In this document: positions 1 to 15,100 of the stretch, one piece after another
Numbering within the stretch: the first letter of the stretch is position 1
Layout: each line of letters opens with the position of its first letter
Origin: Eledone cirrhosa
Taxonomy: Eukaryota
Reading direction: 5' to 3'
NCBI GenBank assembly: GCA_964016885.1
Contig: OZ024740.1
Span: 318,680,001-318,744,000, forward strand
DNA length: 64,000 nucleotides
The notes under the pieces: generated by a model
What the model saw: only the letters and a program-made list of their open reading frames with translations
What the model was told of the DNA's origin: nothing
The model's database searches: none
Program-made: the position numbers and the translations under genes

Positions 1-101
1 TCTACTACAATACTAACTTTAAACAATCCAGGATTGTCTCCTCTATTTCCACAACTTACATTCTATCTGACATTCTAACGACTCTACCAATTCGCTGTAT
101 T
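1..101 (+). repeat. Representative 101-bp monomer (arbitrary phase)
   Basis: 1-101 aligns without gaps to 102-202. It contains an AATCC-A-GGATT dyad and ACATTCTA twice (58, 70). Variable blocks are at monomer positions ~15-20 and ~95-99. Confidence 0.98.
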
Positions 102-3100
102 TCTACTACAATACTAACTTCAAATAATCCAGGATTGTATCGGCTATTTCCACAACTTACATCCTATCTGACATTCTAACGACTCTATCAATTCGAAGTC
201 TTTCTACTACAATACTAACGTCAAACAATCCAGAATCGTCTCGTCTATTTCCACAACTTACATTCTATCTGACATTCTAACGACTCTACCAATTCGAAGT
301 TTTTCTACTACAATACTAACAACAAATAATCTAGGATTGTCTCATCTATCTCCACAACTTACATTTTCTCTGACATTCTAACGACTCTACCAATTCGAAG
401 TCTTTCTACTACAATACTCACAACAAATAGTCCAGGATTGTCTCGTCTATTTCCACAACTTACATTCTATCTGACATTCTAACGACTCTACCAATTTGAA
501 GTCTTTCTACTACAATACTAACAACAAATAATCTGGCATTGTCTCGTCTATTTCCACAACTTACATTCTATCTGACATTCTAACGACTCTACCAATTCGA
601 AGTTTTTCTACTACAATACTCCCAACAAATAATCAAGGATTGTATCGTCTATTTCCACAACTTACATTCTATCTGACATTCTAACGACTCTACCAATTCG
701 CTGTATTTCTACTACAATACTAACTTCAAATAATCCAGGATTGTCTCCTCTATTTCCACAACTTACATTCTATCTTACATTCTAACGAATCTACCAACTC
801 GCTGTATTTCTACTACAATACTCACAACAAATAAACCAGGATTGTCTCGTCTATTTCCACAACTTACATTCTATCTGACATACTAACGACTCTACCAATT
901 CGAAGTCTTTGTACTACAATACTAACTTTAAACAATCCAGGATTGTTTCCTCTATTTCCACAACTTACATTCTATCTGACATTCTAACGACTCTACGAAT
1001 TCGCTGTATTTCTACTACAATACTAACTTCAAATAATCCAGGATTGTATCGGCTATTTCCACAACTTACATCCTATCTGACATTCTAACGACTCTACCAA
1101 TTCGCTGTCTTTCTACTACAATAATAACAACAAATAATCTAGGATTGTCTCGTCTATTTCCACAACTTACATTCTATCTGATATTCGAACGACTCTACCA
1201 ATTCGAAGTCTTTCTACTACAATACTAACAACAAATAATCTAGGATTGTCTCGTCTATTTCCACAACTTACATTCTATCTGACATTCTAACGACTCTAAC
1301 AATTTGAAGTCTTTCTACTACAATACTCACAACAAATAATCCAGGATTGTCTCGTCTATCTCCAGACTTTACATTCTATCTGACATTCTAACGACTCTAC
1401 CAGTTCGCTGTATTTCTACTACAATACTAACTTCAAATAATCCAGGATTGTCTCGTCTATTTCCACAACTTACATTCTATCTGACGTTCAAACGACTCTA
1501 CCAATTCGAAGTCTTTCTACTACAATACTAACGTCAAATAATCCCGGATTGTCTCCTCTATTTCCACAACTTACATTCCATCTGACATTCTAACGACTCT
1601 ACCAATTCGATGTCTTTCTACTACAATACTCATAACAAATAATCCAGGATTGTATCGTCTATTTCTACAACTTACATTCTATCTGACTTTCTAACGACTC
1701 TACCAATTCGAAGTCTTTCTGCTACAATACTCACAACAAATAATCCAGGATTGTCTCGTCTATTTCCACACCTCACATTCTATCTGACATTCTAACGACT
1801 CTATCAATTCGAAGTCTTTCTACTACAATACTAACGTCAAATAATCCAGGATCGTATCGTCTATTTCCACAACTTACATTCTATTTGACATTCTAACGAC
1901 TCTACCAATTCGCTGTATTTCTACTACAATACTAACTTCAAATAATCCAGGATTGTCTCGTCTATTTCCACAACTTATATTCTATCTGATATTCTAACGA
2001 CTCTACCAATTCGAAGTCTTTCTACTACAATACTCACAACAAATAATCCAGGATTGTCTCGTCTATTTCAACAACTTACATTCTATCTGACATTCTAAAG
2101 ACTCTATCAATTCGAAGTTTTTCTACTACAATACTAACAACAAATAATCTAGGATTGTCTCATCTATCTCCACAACTTACATTTTCTCTGACATTCTAAC
2201 GACTCTACCAATTCGAAGTCTTTCTACTACAATACTCACAACAAATAATCCAGGATTGTCTCGTCTATTTCCACAACTTACATTCTATCTGACATTCTAA
2301 CGACTCTACCAATTTGAAGTCTTTCTACTACAATACTAACAACAAATAATCTGGCATTGTCTCGTCTATTTCCACAACTTACATTCTATCTGACATTCTA
2401 ACGACTCTACCAATTCGAAGTTTTTCTACTACAATACTCCCAACAAATAATCAAGGATTGTATCGTCTATTTCCACAACTTACATTCTATCTGACATTCT
2501 AACGACTCTACCCATTCGCTGTATTTCTACTACAATACTAACTTCAAATAATCCAGGATTGTCTCCTCTATTTCCACAACTTACATTCTATCTCACATTC
2601 TAACGAATCTACCAACTCGCTGTATTTCTACTACAATACTCACAACAAATAAACCAGGATTGTCTCGTCTATTTCCACAACTTACATTCTATCTGACATA
2701 CTAACGACTCTACCAATTCGAAGTCTTTGTACTACAATACTAACTTTAAACAATCCAGGATTGTTTCCTCTATTTCCACAACTTACATTCTATCTGACAT
2801 TCTAACGACTCTACGAATTCGCTGTATTTCTACTACAATACTAACTTCAAATAATCCAGGATTGTATCGGCTATTTCCACAACTTACATCCTATCTGACA
2901 TTCTAACGACTCTACCAATTCGCTGTCTTTCTACTACAATAATAACAACAAATAATCTAGGATTGTCTCGTCTATTTCCACAACATACATTCTATCTGAT
3001 ATTCGAACGACTCTACCAATTCGAAGTCTTTCTACTACAATACTAACAACAAATAATCTAGGATTGTCTCGTCTATTTCCACAACTTACATTCTATCTGA

Positions 3101-6100
3101 CATTCTAACGACTCGAACAATTTGAAGTCTTTCTACTACAATACTCACAACAAATAATCCAGGATTGTCTCGTCTATCTCCAGACCTTACATTCTATCTG
3201 ACATTCTAACGACTCTACCAGTTCGCTGTATTTCTACTACAATACTAACTTCAAATAATCCAGGATTGTCTCGTCTATTTCCACAACTTACATTCTATCT
3301 GACGTTCAAACGACTCTACCAATTCGAAGTCTTTCTACTACAATACTAACGTCAAATAATCCCGGATTGTCTCCTCTATTTCCACAACTTACATTCCATC
3401 TGACATTCTAACGACTCTACCAATTCGATGTCTTTCTACTACAATACTCACAACAAATAATCCAGGATTGTATCGTCTATTTCTACAACTTACATTCTAT
3501 CTGACATTCTAACGACTCTACCAATTCGAAGTCTTTCTGCTACAATACTCACAACAAATAATCCAGGATTGTCTCGTCTATTTCCACACCTCACATTCTA
3601 TCTGACATTCTAACGACTCTATCAATTCGAAGTCTTTCTACTACAATACTAACGTCAAATAATCCAGGATCGTATCGTCTATTTCCACAACTTACATTCT
3701 ATTTGACATTCTAACGACTCTACCAATTCGCTGTATTTCTACTACAATACTAACTTCAAATAATCCAGGATTGTCTCGTCTATTTCCACAACTTACATTC
3801 TATCTGATATTCTAACGACTCTACCAATTCGAAGTCTTTCTACTACAATACTCACAACAAATAATCCAGGATTGTCTCGTCTATTTCAACAACTTACATT
3901 CTATCTGACATTCTAAAGACTCTATCAATTCGAAGTTTTTCTACTACAATACTAACAACAAATAATCTAGGAGTGTCTCATCTATCTCCACAACTTACAT
4001 TTTCTCTGACATTCTAACGACTCTACCAATTCGAAGTCTTTCTACTACAATACTCACAACAAATAATCCAGGATTGTCTCGTCTATTTCCACAACTTACA
4101 TTCTATCTGACATTCTAACGACTCTACCAATTTGAAGTCTTTCTACTACAATACTAACAACAAATAATCTGGCATTGTCTCGTCTATTTCCACAACTTAC
4201 ATTCTATCTGACATTCTAACGACTCTACCAATTCGAAGTTTTTCTACTACAATACTCCCAACAAATAATCAAGGATTGTATCGTCTATTTCCACAACTTA
4301 CATTCTATCTGACATTCTAACGACTCTACCCATTCGCTGTATTTCTACTACAATACTAACTTCAAATAATCCAGGATTGTCTCCTCTATTTCCACAACTT
4401 ACATTCTATCTCACATTCTAACGAATCTACCAACTCGCTGTATTTCTACTACAATACTCACAACAAATAAACCAGGATTGTCTCGTCTATTTCCACAACT
4501 TACATTCTATCTGACATACTAACGACTCTACCAATTCGAAGTCTTTGTACTACAATACTAACTTTAAACAATCCAGGATTGTTTCCTCTATTTCCACAAC
4601 TTACATTCTATCTGACATTCTAACGACTCTACGAATTCGCTGTATTTCTACTACAATACTAACTTCAAATAATCCAGGATTGTATCGGCTATTTCCACAA
4701 CTTACATCCTATCTGACATTCTAACGACTCTACCAATTCGCTGTCTTTCTACTACAATAATAACAACAAATAATCTAGGATTGTCTCGTCTATTTCCACA
4801 ACTTACATTCTATCTGATATTCGAACGACTCTACCAATTCGAAGTCTTTCTACTACAATACTAACAACAAATAATCTAGGATTGTCTCGTCTATTTCCAC
4901 AACTTACATTCTATCTGACATTCTAACGACTCTAACAATTTGAAGTCTTTCTACTACAATACTCACAACAAATAATCCAGGATTGTCTCGTCTATCTCCA
5001 GACCTTACATTCTATCTGACATTCTAACGACTCTACCAGTTCGCTGTATTTCTACTACAATACTAACTTCAAATAATCCAGGATTGTCTCGTCTATTTCC
5101 ACAACTTACATTCTATCTGACGTTCAAACGACTCTACCAATTCGAAGTCTTTCTACTACAATACTAACGTCAAATAATCCCGGATTGTCTCCTCTATTTC
5201 CACAACTTACATTCCATCTGACATTCTAACGACTCTACCAATTCGAAGTCTTTCTGCTACAATACTCACAACAAATAATCCAGGATTGTCTCGTCTATTT
5301 CCACACCTCACATTCTATCTGACATTCTAACGACTCTATCAATTCGAAGTCTTTCTACTACAATACTAACGTCACATAATCCAGGATCGTATCGTCTATT
5401 TCCACAACTTACATTCTATTTGACATTCTAACGACTCTACCAATTCGCTGTATTTCTACTACAATACTAACTTCAAATAATCCAGGATTGTCTCGTCTAT
5501 TTCCACAACTTACATTCTATCTGATATTCTAACGACTCTACCAATTCGAAGTCTTTCTACTACAATACTCACAACAAATAATCCAGGATTGTCTCGTCTA
5601 TTTCAACAACTTACATTCTATCTCACATTCTAACGTGTCTACCAATTCGCTGAATTTCTACTACAATACTCTCAACAAATTAACCAGGATTGTCTCGTCT
5701 ATTTCCACAACTTACATTCTATCTGACATTCTAACGACTCTACCAATTTGAAGTCTTTCTACTACAATACTAACAACAAATAATCTGGCATTGTCTCGTC
5801 TATTTCCACAACTTACATTCTATCTGACATTCTAACGACTCTACCAATTCGAAGTTTTTCTACTACAATACTCCCAACAAATAATCAAGGATTGTATCGT
5901 CTATTTCCACAACTTACATTCTATCTGACATTCTAACGACTCTACCCATTCGCTGTATTTCTACTACAATACTAACTTCAAATAATCCAGGATTGTCTCC
6001 TCTATTTCCACAACTTACATTCTATCTCACATTCTAACGAATCTACCAACTCGCTGTATTTCTACTACAATACTCACAACAAATAAACCAGGATTGTCTC

Positions 6101-9100
6101 GTCTATTTCCACAACTTACATTCTATCTGACATACTAACGACTCTACCAATTCGAAGTCTTTGTACTACAATACTAACTTTAAACAATCCAGGATTGTTT
6201 CCTCTATTTCCACAACTTACATTCTATCTGACATTCTAACGACTCTACGAATTCGCTGTATTTCTACTACAATACTAACTTCAAATAATCCAGGATTGTA
6301 TCGGCTATTTCCACAACTTACATCCTATCTGACATTCTAACGACTCTACCAATTCGCTGTCTTTCTACTACAATAATAACAACAAATAATCTAGGATTGT
6401 CTCGTCTATTTCCACAACTTACATTCTATCTGATATTCTAACGACTCTACCAATTCGAAGTCTTTCTACTACAATACTAACAACAAATAATCTAGGATTG
6501 TCTCGTCTATTTCCACAACTTTCATTCTATCTGACATTCTAACGACTCTAACAATTTGAAGTCTTTCTACTACAATACTCACAACAAATAATCCAGGATT
6601 GTCTCGTCTATCTCCAGACCTTACATTCTATCTAACATTCTAACGACTCTACCAGTTCGCTGTATTTCTACTACAATACTAACTTCAAATAATCCAGGAT
6701 TGTCTCGTCTATTTCCACAACTTACATTCTATCTGACGTTCAAACGACTCTACCAATTCGAAGTCTTTCTACTACAATACTAACGTCAAATAATCCCGGA
6801 TTGTCTCCTCTATTTCCACAACTTACATTCCATCTGACATTCTAACGACTCTACCAATTCGATGTCTTTCTACTACAATACTCACAACAAATAATCCAGG
6901 ATTGTATCGTCTATTTCTACAACTTACATTCTATCTGACATTCTAACGACTCTACCAATTCGAAGTCTTTCTGCTACAATACTCACAACAAATAATCCAG
7001 GATTGTCTCGTCTATTTCCACACCTCACATTCTATCTGACATTCTAACGACTCTATCAATTCGAAGTCTTTCTACTACAATACTAACGTCAAATAATCCA
7101 GGATCGTATCGTCTATTTCCACAACTTACATTCTATTTGACATTCTAACGACTCTACCAATTCGCTGTATTTCTACTACAATACTAACTTCAAATAATCC
7201 AGGATTGTCTCGTCTATTTCCACAACTTACATTCTATCTGATATTCTAACGACTCTACCAATTCGAAGTCTTTCTACTACAATACTCACAACAAATAATC
7301 CAGGATTGTCTCGTCTATTTCAACAACTTACATTCTATCTCACATTCTAACGTGTCTACCAATTCGCTGAATTTCTACTACAATACTCTCAACAAATTAA
7401 CCAGGATTGTCTCGTCTATTTCCACAACTTACATTCTATCTGACATACTAACGACTCTACCAATTCGAAGTCTTTCTACTACAATACTAACTTTAAACAA
7501 TCCAGGATTGTCTCCTCTATTTCCACAACTTACATTCTATCTGACATTCTAACGACTCTACCAATTCGCTGTATTTCTACTACAATACTAACTTCAAATA
7601 ATCCAGGATTGTATCGGCTATTTCCACAACTTACATCCTATCTGACATTCTAACGACTCTATCAATTCGAAGTCTTTCTACTACAATACTAACGTCAAAC
7701 AATCCAGAATCGTCTCGTCTATTTCCACAACTTACATTCTATCTGACATTCTAACGACTCTACCAATTCGAAGTTTTTCTACTACAATACTAACAACAAA
7801 TAATCTAGGATTGTCTCATCTATCTCCACAACTTACATTTTCTCTGACATTCTAACGACTCTACCAATTCGAAGTCTTTCTACTACAATACTCACAACAA
7901 ATAATCCAGGATTGTCTCGTCTATTTCCACAACTTACATTCTATCTGACATTCTAACGACTCCCACCAATTTGAAGTCTTTCTACTACAATACTAACGTC
8001 AAATAATCTGGCATTGTCTCGTCTATTTCCACAACTTACATTCTATCTGACATTCTAACGACTCTACCAATTCGAAGTTTTTCTACTACAATCCCCCCAA
8101 CAAATAATCAAGGATTGTATCGTCTATTTCCACAACTTACATTCTATCTGACATTCTAACGACTCTACCCATTCGCTGTATTTCTACTACAATACTAACT
8201 TGAAATAATCCAGGATTGTCTCCTCTATTTCCACAACTTACATTCTATCTTACATTCTAACGAATCTACCAACTCGCTGTATTTCTACTACAATACTCAC
8301 AACAAATAAACCAGGATTGTCTCGTCTATTTCCACAACTTACATTCTATCTGACATACTAACGACTCTACCAATTCGAAGTCTTTGTACTACAATACTAA
8401 CTTTAAACAATCCAGGATTGTTTCCTCTATTTCCACAACTTACATTCTATCTGACATTCTAACGACTCTACGAATTCGCTGTATTTCTACTACAATACTA
8501 ACTTCAAATAATCCAGGATTGTATCGGCTATTTCCACAACTTACATCCTATCTGACATTCTAACGACTCTACCAATTCGCTGTCTTTCTACTACAATAAT
8601 AACAACAAATAATCTAGGATTGTCTCGTCTATTTCCACAACTTACATTCTATCTGATATTCGAACGACTCTACCAATTCGAAGTCTTTCTACTACAATAC
8701 TAACAACAAATAATCTAGGATTGTCTCGTCTATTTCCACAACTTACATTCTATCTGACATTCTAACGACTCTAACAATTTGAAGTCTTTCTACTACAATA
8801 CTCACAACAAATAATCCAGGATTGTCTCGTCTATCTCCAGACCTTACATTCTATCTGACATTCTAACGACTCTACCAGTTCGCTGTATTTCTACTACAAT
8901 ACTAACTTCAAATAATCCAGGATTGTCTCGTCTATTTCCACAACTTACATTCTATCTGACGTTCAAACGACTCTACCAATTCGAAGTCTTTCTACTACAA
9001 TACTAACGTCAAATAATCCCGGATTGTCTCCTCTATTTCCACAACTTACATTCCATCTGACATTCTAACGACTCTACCAATTCGATGTCTTTCTACTACA

Positions 9101-12100
9101 ATACTCATAACAAATAATCCAGGATTGTATCGTCTATTTCTACAACTTACATTCTATCTGACTTTCTAACGACTCTACCAATTCGAAGTCTTTCTGCTAC
9201 AATACTCACAACAAATAATCCAGGATTGTCTCGTCTATTTCCACACCTCACATTCTATCTGACATTCTAACGACTCTATCAATTCGAAGTCTTTCTACTA
9301 CAATACTAACGTCAAATAATCCAGGATCGTATCGTCTATTTCCACAACTTACATTCTATTTGACATTCTAACGACTCTACCAATTCGCTGTATTTCTACT
9401 ACAATACTAACTTCAAATAATCCAGGATTGTCTCGTCTATTTCCACAACTTACATTCTATCTGATATTCTAACGACTCTACCAATTCGAAGTCTTTCTAC
9501 TACAATACTCACAACAAATAATCCAGGATTGTCTCGTCTATTTCAACAACTTACATTCTATCTGACATTCTAAAGACTCTATCAATTCGAAGTTTTTCTA
9601 CTACAATACTAACAACAAATAATCTAGGATTGTCTCATCTATCTCCACAACTTACATTTTCTCTGACATTCTAACGACTCTACCAATTCGAAGTCTTTCT
9701 ACTACAATACTCACAACAAATAATCCAGGATTGTCTCGTCTATTTCCACAACTTACATTCTATCTGACATTCTAACGACTCTACCAATTTGAAGTCTTTC
9801 TACTACAATACTAACAACAAATAATCTGGCATTGTCTCGTCTATTTCCACAACTTACATTCTATCTGACATTCTAACGACTCTACCAATTCGAAGTTTTT
9901 CTACTACAATACTCCCAACAAATAATCAAGGATTGTATCGTCTATTTCCACAACTTACATTCTATCTGACATTCTAACGACTCTACCCATTCGCTGTATT
10001 TCTACTACAATACTCACAACAAATAAACCAGGATTGTCTCGTCTATTTCCACAACTTACATTCTATCTGACATACTAACGACTCTACCAATTCGAAGTCT
10101 TTGTACTACAATACTAACTTTAAACAATCCAGGATTGTTTCCTCTATTTCCACAACTTACATTCTATCTGACATTCTAACGACTCTACCAATTCGATGTC
10201 TTTCTACTACAATACTCACAACAAATAATCCAGGATTGTATCGTCTATTTCTACAACTTACATTCTATCTGACATTCTAACGACTCTACCAATTCGAAGT
10301 CTTTCTGCTACAATACTCACAACAAATAATCCAGGATTGTCTCGTCTATTTCCACACCTCACATTCTATCTGACATTCTAACGACTCTATCAATTCGAAG
10401 TCTTTCTACTACAATACTAACGTCAAATAATCCAGGATCGTATCGTCTATTTCCACAACTTACATTCTATTTGACATTCTAACGACTCTACCAACTCGCT
10501 GTATTTCTACTACAATACTCACAACAAATAAACCAGGATTGTCTCGTCTATTTCCACAACTTACATTCTATCTGACATACTAACGACTCTACCAATTCGA
10601 AGTCTTTGTACTACAATACTAACTTTAAACAATCCAGGATTGTTTCCTCTATTTCCACAACTTACATTCTATCTGACATTCTAACGACTCTACGAATTCG
10701 CTGTATTTCTACTACAATACTAACTTCAAATAATCCAGGATTGTATCGGCTATTTCCACAACTTACATCCTATCTGACATTCTAACGACTCTACCAATTC
10801 GCTGTCTTTCTACTACAATAATAACAACAAATAATCTAGGATTGTCTCGTCTATTTCCACAACTTACATTCTATCTGATATTCGAACGACTCTACCAATT
10901 CGAAGTCTTTCTACTACAATACTAACAACAAATAATCTAGGATTGTCTCGTCTATTTCCACAACTTACATTCTATCTGACATTCTAACGACTCTAACAAT
11001 TTGAAGTCTTTCTACTACAATACTCACAACAAATAATCCAGGATTGTCTCGTCTATCTCCAGACCTTACATTCTATCTGACATTCTAACGACTCTACCAG
11101 TTCGCTGTATTTCTACTACAATACTAACTTCAAATAATCCAGGATTGTCTCGTCTATTTCCACAACTTACATTCTATCTGACGTTCAAACGACTCTACCA
11201 ATTCGAAGTCTTTCTACTACAATACTAACGTCAAATAATCCCGGATTGTCTCCTCTATTTCCACAACTTACATTCCATCTGACATTCTAACGACTCTACC
11301 AATTCGATGTCTTTCTACTACAATACTCATAACAAATAATCCAGGATTGTATCGTCTATTTCTACAACTTACATTCTATCTGACTTTCTAACGACTCTAC
11401 CAATTCGAAGTCTTTCTGCTACAATACTCACAACAAATAATCCAGGATTGTCTCGTCTATTTCCACACCTCACATTCTATCTGACATTCTAACGACTCTA
11501 TCAATTCGAAGTCTTTCTACTACAATACTAACGTCAAATAATCCAGGATCGTATCGTCTATTTCCACAACTTACATTCTATTTGACATTCTAACGACTCT
11601 ACCAATTCGCTGTATTTCTACTACAATACTAACTTCAAATAATCCAGGATTGTCTCGTCTATTTCCACAACTTACATTCTATCTGATATTCTAACGACTC
11701 TACCAATTCGAAGTCTTTCTACTACAATACTCACAACAAATAATCCAGGATTGTCTCGTCTATTTCAACAACTTACATTCTATCTGACATTCTAAAGACT
11801 CTATCAATTCGAAGTTTTTCTACTACAATACTAACAACAAATAATCTAGGATTGTCTCATCTATCTCCACAACTTACATTTTCTCTGACATTCTAACGAC
11901 TCTACCAATTCGAAGTCTTTCTACTACAATACTCACAACAAATAATCCAGGATTGTCTCGTCTATTTCCACAACTTACATTCTATCTGACATTCTAACGA
12001 CTCTACCAATTTGAAGTCTTTCTACTACAATACTAACAACAAATAATCTGGCATTGTCTCGTCTATTTCCACAACTTACATTCTATCTGACATTCTAACG

Positions 12101-15100
12101 ACTCTACCAATTCGAAGTTTTTCTACTACAATACTCCCAACAAATAATCAAGGATTGTATCGTCTATTTCCACAACTTACATTCTATCTGACATTCTAAC
12201 GACTCTACCCATTCGCTGTATTTCTACTACAATACTCACAACAAATAAACCAGGATTGTCTCGTCTATTTCCACAACTTACATTCTATCTGACATACTAA
12301 CGACTCTACCAATTCGAAGTCTTTGTACTACAATACTAACTTTAAACAATCCAGGATTGTTTCCTCTATTTCCACAACTTACATTCTATCTGACATTCTA
12401 ACGACTCTACGAATTCGCTGTATTTCTACTACAATACTAACTTCAAATAATCCAGGATTGTATCGGCTATTTCCACAACGTACATCCTATCTGACATTCT
12501 AACGACTCTACCAATTCGCTGTCTTTCTACTACAATAATAACAACAAATAATCTAGGATTGTCTCGTCTATTTCCACAACTTACATTCTATCTGATATTC
12601 GAACGACTCTACCAATTCGAAGTCTTTCTACTACAATACTAACAACAAATAATCTAGGATTGTCTCGTCTATTTCCACAACTTACATTCTATCTGACATT
12701 CTAACGACTCTAACAATTTGAAGTCTTTCTACTACAATACTCACAACAAATAATCCAGGATTGTCTCGTCTATCTCCAGACCTTACATTCTATCTGACAT
12801 TCTAACGACTCTACCAGTTCGCTGTATTTCTACTACAATACTAACTTCAAATAATCCAGGATTGTCTCGTCTATTTCCACAACTTACATTCTATCTGACG
12901 TTCAAACGACTCTACCAATTCGAAGTCTTTCTACTACAATACTAACGTCAAATAATCCCGGATTGTCTCCTCTATTTCCACAACTTACATTCCATCTGAC
13001 ATTCTAACGACTCTACCAATTCGATGTCTTTCTACTACAATACTCACAACAAATAATCCAGGATTGTATCGTCTATTTCTACAACTTACATTCTATCTGA
13101 CATTCTAACGACTCTACCAATTCGAAGTCTTTCTGCTACAATACTCACAACAAATAATCCAGGATTGTCTCGTCTATTTCCACACCTCACATTCTATCTG
13201 ACATTCTAACGACTCTATCAATTCGAAGTCTTTCTACTACAATACTAACGTCAAATAATCCAGGATCGTATCGTCTATTTCCACAACTTACATTCTATTT
13301 GACATTCTAACGACTCTACCAATTCGCTGTATTTCTACTACAATACTAACTTCAAATAATCCAGGATTGTCTCGTCTATTTCCACAACTTACATTCTATC
13401 TGATATTCTAACGACTCTACCAATTCGAAGTCTTTCTACTACAATACTCACAACAAATAATCCAGGATTGTCTCGTCTATTTCAACAACTTACATTCTAT
13501 CTGACATTCTAAAGACTCTATCAATTCGAAGTTTTTCTACTACAATACTAACAACAAATAATCTAGGAGTGTCTCATCTATCTCCACAACTTACATTTTC
13601 TCTGACATTCTAACGACTCTACCAATTCGAAGTCTTTCTACTACAATACTCACAACAAATAATCCAGGATTGTCTCGTCTATTTCCACAACTTACATTCT
13701 ATCTGACATTCTAACGACTCTACCAATTTGAAGTCTTTCTACTACAATACTAACAACAAATAATCTGGCATTGTCTCGTCTATTTCCACAACTTACATTC
13801 TATCTGACATTCTAACGACTCTACCAATTCGAAGTTTTTCTACTACAATACTCCCAACAAATAATCAAGGATTGTATCGTCTATTTCCACAACTTACATT
13901 CTATCTGACATTCTAACGACTCTACCCATTCGCTGTATTTCTACTACAATACTAACTTCAAATAATCCAGGATTGTCTCCTCTATTTCCACAACTTACAT
14001 TCTATCTCACATTCTAACGAATCTACCAACTCGCTGTATTTCTACTACAATACTCACAACAAATAAACCAGGATTGTCTCGTCTATTTCCACAACTTACA
14101 TTCTATCTGACATACTAACGACTCTACCAATTCGAAGTCTTTATACTACAATACTAACTTTAAACAATCCAGGATTGTTTCCTCTATTTCCACAACTTAC
14201 ATTCTATCTGACATTCTAACGACTCTACGAATTCGCTGTATTTCTACTACAATACTAACTTCAAATAATCCAGGATTGTATCGGCTATTTCCACAACTTA
14301 CATCCTATCTGACATTCTAACGACTCTACCAATTCGCTGTCTTTCTACTACAATAATAACAACAAATAATCTAGGATTGTCTCGTCTATTTCCACAACTT
14401 ACATTCTATCTGATATTCTAACGACTCTACCAATTCGAAGTCTTTCTACTACAATACTAACAACAAATAATCTAGGATTGTCTCGTCTATTTCCACAACT
14501 TACATTCTATCTGACATTCTAACGACTCTAACAATTTGAAGTCTTTCTACTACAATACTCACAACAAATAATCCAGGATTGTCTCGTCTATCTCCAGACC
14601 TTACATTCTATCTGACATTCTAACGACTCTACCAGTTCGCTGTATTTCTACTACAATACTAACTTCAAATAATCCAGGATTGTCTCGTCTATTTCCACAA
14701 CTTACATTCTATCTGACGTTCAAACGACTCTACCAATTCGAAGTCTTTCTACTACAATACTAACGTCAAATAATCCCGGATTGTCTCCTCTATTTCCACA
14801 ACTTACATTCCATCTGACATTCTAACGACTCTACCAATTCGATGTCTTTCTACTACAATACTAACTTTAAACAATCCAGGATTGTCTCCTCTATTTCCAC
14901 AACTTACATTCTATCTGACATTCTAACGACTCTACCAATTCGCTGTATTTCTACTACAATACTAACTTCAAATAATCCAGGATTGTATCGGCTATTTCCA
15001 CAACTTACATCCTATCTGACATTCTAACGACTCTATCAATTCGAAGTCTTTCTACTACAATACTAACGTCAAACAATCCAGAATCGTCTCGTCTATTTCC

